DNA of 64,000 nt. Source: Sedimentisphaerales bacterium. Its GTDB lineage: Bacteria; Planctomycetota; Phycisphaerae; Sedimentisphaerales; SM23-30. This document shows positions 1-10,027 of the stretch, in pieces. How positions within the stretch are numbered: the first letter of the stretch is position 1; each line of letters opens with the position of its first letter. A model generated the notes under the pieces. The model saw only the letters and a program-made list of their open reading frames with translations, searched no databases and was not told the DNA's origin. Where the stretch lies: the NCBI GenBank assembly GCA_963666285.1, contig OY762711.1. One strand, written 5' to 3'. The translations under genes were made by a program, and so were the position numbers.

Positions 1-1
1 G

Positions 2-3000
2 CAGAATGGGCTGGGAGCGGACAGGCACGATATATTTTTGGCTGAGAGTTATGAAGCTGCCGCTGATGCCGAGAAGTATATGGGTGATATCGATTTTGAC
101 GGGATTGTAGATATAACTGACCTGGCAGAGCTGGTTAGTAAATGGCTGGGCGGCAGCTGCAGCGGAACTGGCTGTGGTGATATAGAATTGGACGGTAAAA
201 TTAACCTGCCGGATTTCGCGATGATGGCTAAAGACTGGCAGAAGGTATCGCCAGCTGAGTATAAGGCGAGCCAGCCGGCAACGAATAATACGTATGATCC
301 CGGACTGCTGAGTCCTGCGACAACATATTACTGGCGGGTAGATGAATATGATTACGATGAAACAGGTTTGAGCAGCGGAAATATATGGAGTTTTACAACA
401 GCAGCGGACGGACCGCTGGACTTTGGTAATGATAGATTTGACCTTACGTTTGACCTGTCCAGCGGCGGGTTCAGTAAGGTGCAGCGAACCGGTGACAGTT
501 TCGAGACTAATTTTGTAGGCGAGCCCGGCTGGCTGCTGGGCGATCTTGAGATGACATACCGGATAAACAGCGGCAGCTGGCAAAATGCCAAGACATCGGC
601 ATCGGACGATAACCGTAAAGTGGCATTGAGCAAAGACGGCGAGGCAACGCTAATTGATGTAACATATCCCACGGCCTCAGCTTTAAGCGGCGGGATAAAA
701 GATTTTGATATCGAGCAGCAATGGCGGCTGGACGATGGTCATTTGAGCCTGGCAGTAACCATAACCAATACAACCGGCGGCACCCTGGAACTGGGCGACC
801 TGGCGTTTATGCTGCCGTTTAATACCGATTATAACGGGCTTGATACAGATACGATCCAGACCGGTCGAGTAATACGTCACGGATATTTTTCCGGTCATGG
901 TTCACATTGCTACTGGACGAGGGTAAACGGCATGCCTGACTTCCTGGTGATGAGTACGCCGGGCAGTGACACACGGTTTGAATACTGGGACAATATCGCC
1001 GACAGTGACGCCGAGTTTCGTGCGTATGTATATTCCGGTGTGGCCGGACCGGCCAGAGCCGGCAACTGGCGGCAGGAACATACGACAAAAGAGCTGGCGG
1101 CAGGCGAAACAATCGAGCTGGGCCTGAGTTTCAGCTGGGCAGAGAGCCTGGCAGAAGTGCGTGAGAGGCTGTACGAAGATGGCGATATAGATATCGAATG
1201 TGTGCCGGGGATGACGATACCGCAGGATCTGCATGCGGTAGTAAAGCTGCGAACAAAACACAATATCGATTCGCTGACGGCAGAGTACCCGGCGGAGACA
1301 ACAATCGAGTACCAGGGTACATCGGATGAAGATACACATTTGTATAAGATATCGTTCGGGCACCTGGGCGAGAATATAATAAAGGTTAACCATAACGGAG
1401 CCGAGCAGACTATACTGGAGTTTTACTGTTGTGAGCCGCTGGAGACCTTGTACAAGAAACGTTCGGCTCATATGACTGACTATGAGCAGGTAGTGAACCC
1501 AAGTGTCTGGTATGACGGTCTGTTTGGCGAATGGGATATGCGAAGCGGTACATTGAGAACACCGGATAATACCGACGGGATGGATTTGCCGTGGTGGATA
1601 TATGTTATATGCTGTGATGACCCGGGCAATGCTCATGCACCGTTTCTCGCAGGAAAAAATGTGCGGTTCCCGGTACAGGCAGAAATTGATGCTCTGGAAT
1701 ATCATATCGAAAATTATATCTGGGGCGGAATGCAGTACACAGATACCGAGGCGTATCCATACGGTATAATTGGTGTGCCGACCTGGGAATATAATCGAGA
1801 GAACGATCCGACGCATTACTGGCGGGTGTTTGACTATCCGCATATTGTGATGATGTATTATCATATGTACGAGATCGCGAAATATTACCCGGATATGGTG
1901 AACTACCTGGACGCGGACGGATATTTGAACCGGGCATACCAGACGGCATTGAAATATTTCCAGGTAGCAGACGGCTGGGGATACATAGTCGGAACATATA
2001 ACGAGGTTGTTTATGTCGACCTGATAGAATCTCTGCGTGAAGAAGGCTGGACAAGCCAGGCAGATGCCTTGCAGGCGGAATGGGATGAGAAGGTAAAATA
2101 CTTCATCTTCGATAAGGAATATCCATACGGTTCGGAATATGCGATGGACTCGACCGCATTTGAGAGCACTCATGCACTGGTGAAATGGGCGATAGAGAAC
2201 GGCCTGGAGCCGGACGCGGAACATCCGGAGATCGACCAGTCTAGAATCGAAGAATTCATGCACAACCAGATGAAAGCAAACCTGGCAGTTCGAGGGTGTA
2301 TCGAACCGTCATTTTATACCTACGGCAGCGACTATCGCGTATGGGGTCAGGCCCGCTATACATTGAGCTATATGTCGCAAATGGGCGGCTGGGCAGTGCT
2401 GGACTATGCGTTTAACTGGGCGGATGATCCGATAGATTATATCAGACTGGGCTACGGCTCTTACCTGAGTTCATGGGCGTTGATGAACACCGACCCGACC
2501 GGTGCGAATCAATACTGGTATCCATCGGCTAATAATGACGGTGCGATCGGCTGGGCATTCAAGCCTGAGAAGAACGGACCGATATGGCTGCAGGAGCGTA
2601 ACCAGGACCGGGGCATCTGGTATTATAACGGAGAGATTGATCTTGGCCTTTGCGGGGCGCTGCGTATGGCGAAATCGGTGGTGGCAGATGACCCGATATT
2701 CGGCTTGTTTGGTTTCGGCTGCGAGGTAGATCATGCCGGGACTGATTACGAGGTAATATTGAAAGACGGGCTGCGTGAGTGGCTGGTTATGAACAACCTT
2801 GGAATAGAACTGCATCTTAACCGTGACGCCTTTGCGGCCGGTATGCCGGTAGTGATAAGCGAGAGCAAAGACACGTTAAGCTTTACACTGGAGAATGAAA
2901 GGTCGGACAGCCATATAACAACACTGACGATAAGCGGCATGGCAACCGGCAGTTACAGCGTAAAAGTAAACGGGGTAGAACAGACAACATTAACATTCAC

Positions 3001-3079
3001 AGATTTGGCTGATTCAGCTTCAATTGATCTTAACATTGGAACAGGATCGACCATTGCGGTCTCAATAACGAAGCTGTAA
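2..3079 (+). CDS. DUF5695-like secreted protein (putative glycoside hydrolase-like) with N-terminal dockerin-like motifs; 5'-partial
   Basis: Frame is open from position 2 (QNGLGADRHDIFLAE...). Dockerin-like GDIDFDGIVDITDL and GDIELDGKINLPDF, a TTYYWRVDE Fn3-like motif, and WRVFDYPH / YGSEYAMDSTAFES / LSYMSQMGG blocks that I recognise as DUF5695-type. Confidence 0.75.
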   Translation, partial: QNGLGADRHDIFLAESYEAAADAEKYMGDIDFDGIVDITDLAELVSKWLGGSCSGTGCGDIELDGKINLPDFAMMAKDWQKVSPAEYKASQPATNNTYDPGLLSPATTYYWRVDEYDYDETGLSSGNIWSFTTAADGPLDFGNDRFDLTFDLSSGGFSKVQRTGDSFETNFVGEPGWLLGDLEMTYRINSGSWQNAKTSASDDNRKVALSKDGEATLIDVTYPTASALSGGIKDFDIEQQWRLDDGHLSLAVTITNTTGGTLELGDLAFMLPFNTDYNGLDTDTIQTGRVIRHGYFSGHGSHCYWTRVNGMPDFLVMSTPGSDTRFEYWDNIADSDAEFRAYVYSGVAGPARAGNWRQEHTTKELAAGETIELGLSFSWAESLAEVRERLYEDGDIDIECVPGMTIPQDLHAVVKLRTKHNIDSLTAEYPAETTIEYQGTSDEDTHLYKISFGHLGENIIKVNHNGAEQTILEFYCCEPLETLYKKRSAHMTDYEQVVNPSVWYDGLFGEWDMRSGTLRTPDNTDGMDLPWWIYVICCDDPGNAHAPFLAGKNVRFPVQAEIDALEYHIENYIWGGMQYTDTEAYPYGIIGVPTWEYNRENDPTHYWRVFDYPHIVMMYYHMYEIAKYYPDMVNYLDADGYLNRAYQTALKYFQVADGWGYIVGTYNEVVYVDLIESLREEGWTSQADALQAEWDEKVKYFIFDKEYPYGSEYAMDSTAFESTHALVKWAIENGLEPDAEHPEIDQSRIEEFMHNQMKANLAVRGCIEPSFYTYGSDYRVWGQARYTLSYMSQMGGWAVLDYAFNWADDPIDYIRLGYGSYLSSWALMNTDPTGANQYWYPSANNDGAIGWAFKPEKNGPIWLQERNQDRGIWYYNGEIDLGLCGALRMAKSVVADDPIFGLFGFGCEVDHAGTDYEVILKDGLREWLVMNNLGIELHLNRDAFAAGMPVVISESKDTLSFTLENERSDSHITTLTISGMATGSYSVKVNGVEQTTLTFTDLADSASIDLNIGTGSTIAVSITKL

Positions 3080-3096
3080 CGCCATCTAAAAACGGG

Positions 3097-3142
3097 GAAA
3101 ATGCCGACAGTCGCTTTCCGGGCAGTCGGCATTTTCATTTTT
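3097..3142 (+). terminator. Probable intrinsic terminator
   Basis: 12-bp inverted repeat GAAAATGCCGAC...GTCGGCATTTTC followed by a T-rich tract, just after the stop. Confidence 0.7.
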
Positions 3143-3160
3143 AAAGTGATAGTGCAACTT

Positions 3161-3392
3161 CACACTTTTGGCAATCCAACTTACATGCAAAGACCGGAAC
3201 AGGGCCAATTAAGAGAAAAATGAATAATGAAAATTGAAGGTGTCCCGATGTACGTTGACATCAGGAATAATTCGCTATCGTCTCACGCTAAGTTTAAATT
3301 TGATGTATTTTCTTCTTCGTCAGCCTCGCCCTAACAGCGACATAAATCAGAACAGAAAATATTAAACAGGAGTGCTCTAATAACTGCGAAAG
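3161..3392 (+). repeat. Modular intergenic repeat, copy 1 (degenerate module A, B, C and AACTGCGAAAG tail)
   Basis: GAACAGGGCCAATTAAG.GAAAAATGAATAATGAAAA is shared with about 36171-36207. AGGTGTCC.GATGTACGTTGACATCAGGAATAATTCGCTATCG is shared with 8853-8895. Confidence 0.85.
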
Positions 3393-3433
3393 TTAATTTA
3401 TAATATGCAGGCGTAAATTCGAGAAATTTAGGA

Positions 3434-3462
3434 TTGAAATGGTCAAATTGCCAGCATATAAT
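3434..3462 (+). promoter_or_regulatory. Sigma70-like promoter
   Basis: TTGAAA-17-TATAAT, about 105 nt upstream of the 3569 start. Confidence 0.6.
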
Positions 3463-3568
3463 GGAAATCACTGATATCGAATTTTTCAAATGCAACTTGA
3501 TTTAAGCACTGGTTTATAACCATCGTATTTACCAAATCTGGCAGATACAAATTTAAAGGAGCAACATT

Positions 3569-4906
3569 ATGTCTGAAAAAAAGATTGACCGCCGCAGTTT
3601 CCTGGCAACATCAGCCGCCCTATCATCATTCACAATAATCCCGAGCCATGTCCTGGGCGCAGATGGTAATACCGGCGCAAATGGCAAGCTGAATATAGCA
3701 GGCATAGGAATAGGCGGGATGGGCAGCAACAATCTGCATAACCTGGAGAGCGAAAATATAGTAGCATTATGTGATGTAGATCACGGTTATGCCGGGCATG
3801 TTTTCAACCGATATCCAAATGCAAAGCGATACAAAGATTACCGGGAAATGCTGGAAAAGGAAAAGAATATAGATGCCGTGATGATTGCTACCCCCGACCA
3901 TTCTCATGCACATATTACTATCGACTGCATGAAGGCGGGCAAGCATGTTTATTGCCAGAAGCCGCTGACGCATACTCCGTTAGAGGCCCGCAAGGTTAAA
4001 GCAGTAGCCAAGGAAACCGGGGTAGTCACCCAGATGGGTATCCAGGGTCATTCGGCAGAAGGTATCCGTACGATAAGCGAATGGATATGGTCCGGCGCGA
4101 TAGGCAAGGTTGAAAAAGTAGATGCATGGTGTTCGCTGACATATTACCCGGCGAACCAGGCATACTGGTGTACAACAGAGTTGAAGGTTCCAACGGAAAA
4201 GCCTGCGATACCGGATACACTGGACTGGAATTTGTGGATTGGTCCGGCCCCATACCGCGATTATCATCCGACCTACCACCCAGCCAAATGGCGTGCCTGG
4301 TACGATTTCGGCAGCGGCTGGATGGGTGACCGGGGAGTGCATACCTTAGATATAGTATATACCGCATTAAAACTAAAGCTGCCGGAAGTAATCAGTGCCA
4401 CTGCATCAGATATCAATAACCAGGTTCATCCAATCGCTTCAATAGTCAAGTTTTATTTCGGCGAACGGGAAGGAATGGCACCGGTTGAACTGACATGGTA
4501 TGAGGGGCTGGAAGTACCGCGTCCGGACGAGCTGGAAGACGGTCGCAGCCTGCCAAATGAGGGCGGAATACTCTTTAAGGGTGATAAAGGAACAATTATG
4601 TGCGGCATTTACGGCGACAGCCCGCGTATAATCCCGGAAGCGAAAATGAAGGATTTCAAGCAACCTAAGAAGACACTAGCAAGAATTCCTCACAGCCATG
4701 AGATGAACTGGGTAAACGCAATCAAAACAGGCGGCAAAGCAACGGCAGATTTTGAATATTCAGCGGATTTGACAGAATTTGTTTTGCTGGGCAACTATGC
4801 CAAGCGTACAAGGTCAAAGCTATATTACGATGCTGAAAATGCCCGGTTTACTAATAATGACCAGGCAAATGCATTAATGAATAAAACATATCGGACAGGC
4901 TGGTAG
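3569..4906 (+). CDS. Tat-exported Gfo/Idh/MocA family oxidoreductase
   Basis: DRRSFL Tat motif, GIGIGGMG Rossmann motif, ATPDHSH, HVYCQKP; AAGGAG RBS. Confidence 0.92.
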   Translation: MSEKKIDRRSFLATSAALSSFTIIPSHVLGADGNTGANGKLNIAGIGIGGMGSNNLHNLESENIVALCDVDHGYAGHVFNRYPNAKRYKDYREMLEKEKNIDAVMIATPDHSHAHITIDCMKAGKHVYCQKPLTHTPLEARKVKAVAKETGVVTQMGIQGHSAEGIRTISEWIWSGAIGKVEKVDAWCSLTYYPANQAYWCTTELKVPTEKPAIPDTLDWNLWIGPAPYRDYHPTYHPAKWRAWYDFGSGWMGDRGVHTLDIVYTALKLKLPEVISATASDINNQVHPIASIVKFYFGEREGMAPVELTWYEGLEVPRPDELEDGRSLPNEGGILFKGDKGTIMCGIYGDSPRIIPEAKMKDFKQPKKTLARIPHSHEMNWVNAIKTGGKATADFEYSADLTEFVLLGNYAKRTRSKLYYDAENARFTNNDQANALMNKTYRTGW

Positions 4907-5603
4907 TTAAGTTCTCTAATTGACAAGACGGGCAGTTTGAAAGGTACCCGGTGTATATGATTCTGTTTGATAGCTCGGAGGGAAAGTAATGATAATATCA
5001 TAGCACTCGAAGCAGAAACTGCTACAGCAGGTGTAAGAATATATGAAAAAAAATTTTTACTATTTAACATGTGTTTATATAAATACGTAATGTGTAAGAG
5101 ATGATAAAATACTGGTAATACAAACACAATAAAACAGACAAATGCCTCAGCCTTAAATGGAGACAACCTAAATATACGAAGATTAGAATTAATCCACATT
5201 AAGCATAAACTCTTATGGAAAAACAACTAAATTGACCATAAAACCACACCGCACAGAAAAAACTGTCAAACACGCAACAGACTCTCCGCCTATTCAGTCA
5301 GTAATTAAAAACAGCAAAAAAATACCTGTAATAATATAGTCATCCTATATTCTGCTAGATGTCAGGTAAAATTAAAACTCATGTCATGTTAAAATAGTAA
5401 AATTGGGGGCTTTAAGTAATGCCCATTTGTGTAGTATATATCGATTATTCCAGTTTACATGGAATATTGTTTCAGATATGAATGTGTTTTTGTATGTCGG
5501 TATACTATTTTAATTATCCAACGTCTAATTTTATGGTAAAATTCAGTTTGGTTCTAAACATAATAATCTTTATGTAACTGTTTAATATTTGAAAGGAAAA
5601 GGA

Positions 5604-7576
5604 ATGAGAAAGAGTAGATTATTGTATTTACGTCGCTGTTACTGGCATTGACCTTAAACGTTGTCCGGGCAGAGGACCCTGACTATAGCAACGATGCGGA
5701 AAATGCCCAGGTAATTGCAACGGACGGCAGCCATATTTATGGTGAATTAGCGACAAGTGCCGACCAGGACTGGTTTAAGATAACTGCACCGGCACACATG
5801 CGGTATTCGATAACCCTTAAAGGAGAATATGCAGCGGGATACAAAGTTGTAGATATTTTCCAGGCCGATGAGTTTGGCACCCTGTACAAAACATTAAGTG
5901 CAACAGTCTGGAGTAATGATATCCAAAGCAGAACATTTTATATCGAAGAAGACTATGATGTTTTCATAAAGATCTATTACGATGCAGGCGATTATGAATT
6001 TTACGTCCAGAACCTTGGTCAAATACTGCCGGACAATTATTCGACTGACTGCTCAGCCCCGACATATTTAGCCGTTGAAGATGAACCGCAAATCGGGATA
6101 CTGGCACATTATGAAGATGAGTCACTGGAGAGTGACTGGTTTACTTTTGATACAGAACCGCTGCACAAATATGAAATTAATATTACTCGCAGCGACAATG
6201 CCTATGTTAATATCAGGTTATACAACTCTGACTGCGAACAATTAGTTGGCAACAACAGCACCATCACAACAACAAGCTGGTTTGGCGAACCATATAAGAT
6301 TATGGTAACAGGCGATGCTGGTTACCTGGGCTCATATTACACACTCGATATTACAGACCTTGGTTTATATTATGATGATTATTCCAATGTATTTTCAGGA
6401 GCAACAGAGGTACCTGTTAACGGGACAATGATTAATGGTGAGATTGAATTCAGTTCTAACTATCATAGCGATGAAGACTGGTTCAAGTTTACCCCATCAG
6501 TTAACCATCTGTATAGAATTACCCATAAAGGTGAATACAGTAAAGGCTATAAAGTAGTAAAGATTTACCAGATTGATGAATTTGACACCATGCATGAAAC
6601 ACTGAATATAACATGCTGGAGTGACGACATTCAATCCAAGACATTCTTTATCGAAGACCCGGAAGATATATATCTGAAGGTGTATTACGACAATGGTGAA
6701 TACCAGTTTTATCTTGAAGACCTGGGAGCATATACACCAGACGGCACGGAAGACAGCTGCGTGAACCCAGTCGATATAACAGTTAATGCCAGCCCGATAT
6801 CCGGCACATTAAGCCATAATCAAGATGGAAGCCTGGAAAAAGACTGGTATATTTTTGAGACAGAAGCATTACACAAATATGAGATAAGGTATACCAAGAG
6901 CGACAACACATACCTTGATATGAGAATATATAATGCTGACTGCGGCCAGGTAATAGGAAATGGCAACAACCATACGGTTGTAAGCTGGACAGGTGAAGAT
7001 TACAAGATCATGGTAGGCGGTGACGCAGGATACCTTGGCACATATTATACACTGGAAGTTGTAGACCTAGGCATATTTAGCGATGATTATCCAAACACAG
7101 CAGCTCAAGCTGTAGAAATGCCCAAAGACGGAACCCTGATAGACGGCACAGTAAACTACAGTGCAAACTATCACGGTGATGAGGACTGGTTTACCTTTAC
7201 AGCTGCATTAGATGGAACATATACCTTCACCCTGACAGGTGAATATGCTATGGGTTATAAATCAATATACATATACTCTATGGACGGCTATGGCCAGCTG
7301 CATAGTGTTCGCAATACAAGCGTATGGTCAGACAGTATTAATACTTTTGACGTAACCCTGGGAGCAGGCGAAATATATGTAAAAGTATATTATGACCTGG
7401 GCGACTATTCGCTAAGCGTATTGTCTCCAGATCCTCGCTGCGGCGACCTGGATCATCCATACCCTGTCGGAGACGCTAACCAGGATTGTACAGTTGACCT
7501 GACAGACTTTGCACTAATGGCGGCTAACTGGCTGACCTGTTCAGCACCTGGGTGTGAAGAGGAGATAATTGAATAA
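5604..7576 (+). CDS. Secreted repeat protein (five PPC-like beta domains, A-B-A-B-A) with C-terminal dockerin-like domain; apparent 1-nt frameshift in the signal peptide
   Basis: Recurring D-W-(F/Y)-x-F modules with about 235-aa periodicity and C-terminal GDANQDCTVDLTDF..MAANWL. The RBS + ATG at 5604 is out of frame with the hydrophobic stretch that begins at 5618. Confidence 0.75.
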
Positions 7577-7631
7577 CGGATAATAAATATACGAACCGGC
7601 TGAATTGCCAGCCGGAACAAACCCAAAATAT

Positions 7632-7669
7632 AAAGACTGCCTGGAATAGAACCGGACAGTCTTTTTTTT
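7632..7669 (+). terminator. Intrinsic terminator
   Basis: AAAGACTG...CAGTCTTTTTTTT hairpin plus T tract. Confidence 0.75.
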
Positions 7670-7713
7670 GTTAAATCTGGAATTCGGAATACAGTATAGA
7701 TATAATATAACAT

Positions 7714-8667
7714 ATGTTTTTGACCTTGATATTAAATGTAGGATGCGTGTTTCTGATGATGGTGCCCGGTTTTGTCGGTCGGCGTAAAAGCTGGCTGGAC
7801 GATAGCGGGGTATTGTCGATTTCGAAACTAATGCTGTATTTCTTTTACCCATGCCTGATCTTTAGTTCGATAACGAAGAATTATTCGCTGTCGGAGCTTG
7901 GAAGCTCAATCTGGCTTCCGGTTGGTTCGGCGGTGATAATGCTGGCCGGTTACCTGATCGGGCTGATATACTGTATGTTTGACAGGAGCATAAAAGGCGA
8001 AAATAAGCGATCATTTTTGTTTCAGACGACGATGAATAACTACAGTTTTTTTCCACTGGCGATAATACTGTCGATGTATGACAGCAGCCTAGTAGCAGGA
8101 TTGATATTGTCAACACTGGGAGCAGAACTGGTGATGTGGACGGTCGGTATGCTGACGATAAGCGGGCATAAACCAGGCAGAAAATCGCTGGAGGCATTGT
8201 GCAGTCCGCCACTGATGGGAATGTACGCGGCACTGGCGGTACTAGTGGTATTTCATATATTCAAAATCGATCGTTCGATATTTACGGAGCAGGGAACGAT
8301 CGCATTTTATTTCCATAGCACACTGGAAAGGGTGGGAATGGGAACGGTTCCGATTGCGATGACAATTGCCGGGGCAAGAATGGCAGTATTGAAACTGCAT
8401 GATGTACATAACAGGACAGTATATATTCTTTCGGTACTGAGGCTGGCAGTGATACCGCTGGCGACAATCGGGTTGATATACCTAGCACCAATACAAGAAG
8501 ATTATAAGATAATATTGACAATAGTTGCGGTTATGCCGGTAGCGATGAACAGCCTGCTGCTGAACGAGATATATGGCGGTAACCGAGAACTGATAACCGG
8601 CTCGGTTCTGCTGACGCATCTGCTGTCGATCGGGACAATACCGGTGCTGTTATATTATTTTCTATGA
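7714..8667 (+). CDS. AEC (auxin efflux carrier) family transporter
   Basis: About 10 TM segments; FYPCLIFSSI, NNYSFFP, SPPL, VAVMPVA motifs. Confidence 0.85.
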   Translation: MFLTLILNVGCVFLMMVPGFVGRRKSWLDDSGVLSISKLMLYFFYPCLIFSSITKNYSLSELGSSIWLPVGSAVIMLAGYLIGLIYCMFDRSIKGENKRSFLFQTTMNNYSFFPLAIILSMYDSSLVAGLILSTLGAELVMWTVGMLTISGHKPGRKSLEALCSPPLMGMYAALAVLVVFHIFKIDRSIFTEQGTIAFYFHSTLERVGMGTVPIAMTIAGARMAVLKLHDVHNRTVYILSVLRLAVIPLATIGLIYLAPIQEDYKIILTIVAVMPVAMNSLLLNEIYGGNRELITGSVLLTHLLSIGTIPVLLYYFL

Positions 8668-8680
8668 AAATAATATAACA

Positions 8681-8903
8681 AGTGAAGAGTGAAGAACGAA
8701 GAGTTAAGAATTATTGTGTTCGCCTAACGGCTCACGCTTTGTTAAAAACATAAGTGTTGCGGAAGGCCTTTTAGGCGATTTACCAAAGGTAGCTCGTTAT
8801 TTCAACTTAAAAACTGCGAAAGATAACGTATAGTGAGTTAAACGAAGAGTTGAGGTGTCCTGATGTACGTTGACATCAGGAATAATTCGCTATCGCTCAC
8901 GCT
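8681..8903 (+). repeat. Modular intergenic repeat, copy 2 (7-bp purine repeats, GTGTTCG..CTCAC hairpin, modules D and C)
   Basis: GTGAAGA-type heptads; module D (8756-8822) is shared with 27992-28067 and 36261-36316; module C (8853-8903) is shared with 3238-3289. Confidence 0.88.
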
Positions 8904-8950
8904 TTTTAATTATAATCAAGCTCAATAGAATTGATAAAGAAAGATATAAT

Positions 8951-9421
8951 ATGGAAATCAAACAGATAGGCACGATACATTCGCCATTTATTGAGGCAAG
9001 CGGAACACCGATACAGCCAAAATTTGCCAAAGATGCAAACGGCACAGTTGTGGTAAATGAGGAATATGCCGAAGGATTGAAGGATCTGGACGGTTTTGAA
9101 CGTATATGGCTGATATATTATTTTGACCGGGTAAAGAATGCAAAACTTACAGTTGTGCCGTATATGGATACGGTTGAGCACGGTGTATTTGCCACTCGTT
9201 CGCCAGCGAGACCGAACAAGATAGGCATGTCAGCGGTAAAACTGGAAAAGGTAGAAGGTAACACCCTGCATGTAAGCGGGATAGATATTCTGGATGGAAC
9301 TCCCCTGCTGGATATAAAGCCATATGCGAAACGGATGGACTATTTTGATGTGGAGCGACAAGGCTGGCTGGGCAAAGTCGGCAACCATGAAGGCAAAGCC
9401 GATGACAGGTTCCATAAGTAA
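8951..9421 (+). CDS. trmO: tRNA t6A37 N6-methyltransferase TrmO (TsaA/YaeB) family
   Basis: IGTIHSPF, GVFATRSPARPNKIG, DILDGTPLLDIKPY motifs. Start reset to ATG 8951 because the upstream extension lies in the repeat. Confidence 0.9.
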   Translation: MEIKQIGTIHSPFIEASGTPIQPKFAKDANGTVVVNEEYAEGLKDLDGFERIWLIYYFDRVKNAKLTVVPYMDTVEHGVFATRSPARPNKIGMSAVKLEKVEGNTLHVSGIDILDGTPLLDIKPYAKRMDYFDVERQGWLGKVGNHEGKADDRFHK

Positions 9422-9916
9422 CTCAAACTGACCAATGGTCAGTTTGAGAGGCATAAGAGATAAGGGATATGGCATAAGTGAAGGAAAGCCGCGGCCCTTC
9501 GATGAACTCAGGGCGGGTGGCAAACTAATTTTAATATAATAATCTTAATAGATTATCGAAGAACATATTACAATAACATGCAAATCCCAATCGGTCAGTT
9601 TGAGAGGCATAAGAGATAAGGGATATGGCATAAGTGAAGGAAAGCCGCGGCCCTTCGATGAACTCAGGGCGGGCGGCAAACTAATTTAAATATAATAATC
9701 TTAATAGATTATCGAAGAACATATTACAATAACATGCAAATCCCAATCGGTCAGTTTGAGAGGCATAAGAGATAAGGGATATGGCATAAGTGAAGGAAAG
9801 CCGCGGCCCTTCGATGAACTCAGGGCGGGCGGCAAACTAATTTTAAATATAATAATCTTAATAGATTATCGAAGAACATATTACAATAACATGCAAATCC
9901 CAATCGGGCAGTTTGA
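9422..9916 (+). repeat. Tandem repeat of 3 x 156/156/157 bp plus a partial unit, preceded by a perfect 12-bp hairpin
   Basis: Units start at 9437, 9593 and 9749, with a partial at 9906, and differ by only 1-2 nt. CTCAAACTGACC-AAT-GGTCAGTTTGAG at 9422-9448. Confidence 0.97.
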
Positions 9917-10027
9917 ATAAGCAAACCAAACGGCCTTTGGCAGATTTGGTTTAAGTGAAAAATGGTAAATTAAGGTATTCGCTTAAAGCGGAATCTATTA
10001 TAATAGGATTACAAGAGCCCGTAAGTT

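Noticed and set aside
902..2263. 453-aa antisense ORF
   Set aside because: Shadow of the DUF5695-like gene, with no motifs. The same applies to the other short overlapping ORFs.
5553..5580. dif-like site (ACATAA-N6-TTATGT) and a possible replication terminus from the gene-strand switch near 10-19 kb
   Set aside because: The outer arm positions do not fit, and by-eye skew is inconsistent; a computed cumulative GC skew is needed.
4940..5590. Long AT-rich intergenic region as a hidden gene or ncRNA
   Set aside because: No credible ORF or stable structure seen.
8870..8950. N-terminal extension of TrmO
   Set aside because: It starts within repeat module C; family similarity begins at ATG 8951.
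9437..9916. Possible CRISPR array
   Set aside because: Whole 156-bp units are near-identical, with no unique spacers, and there are no cas genes in the window.
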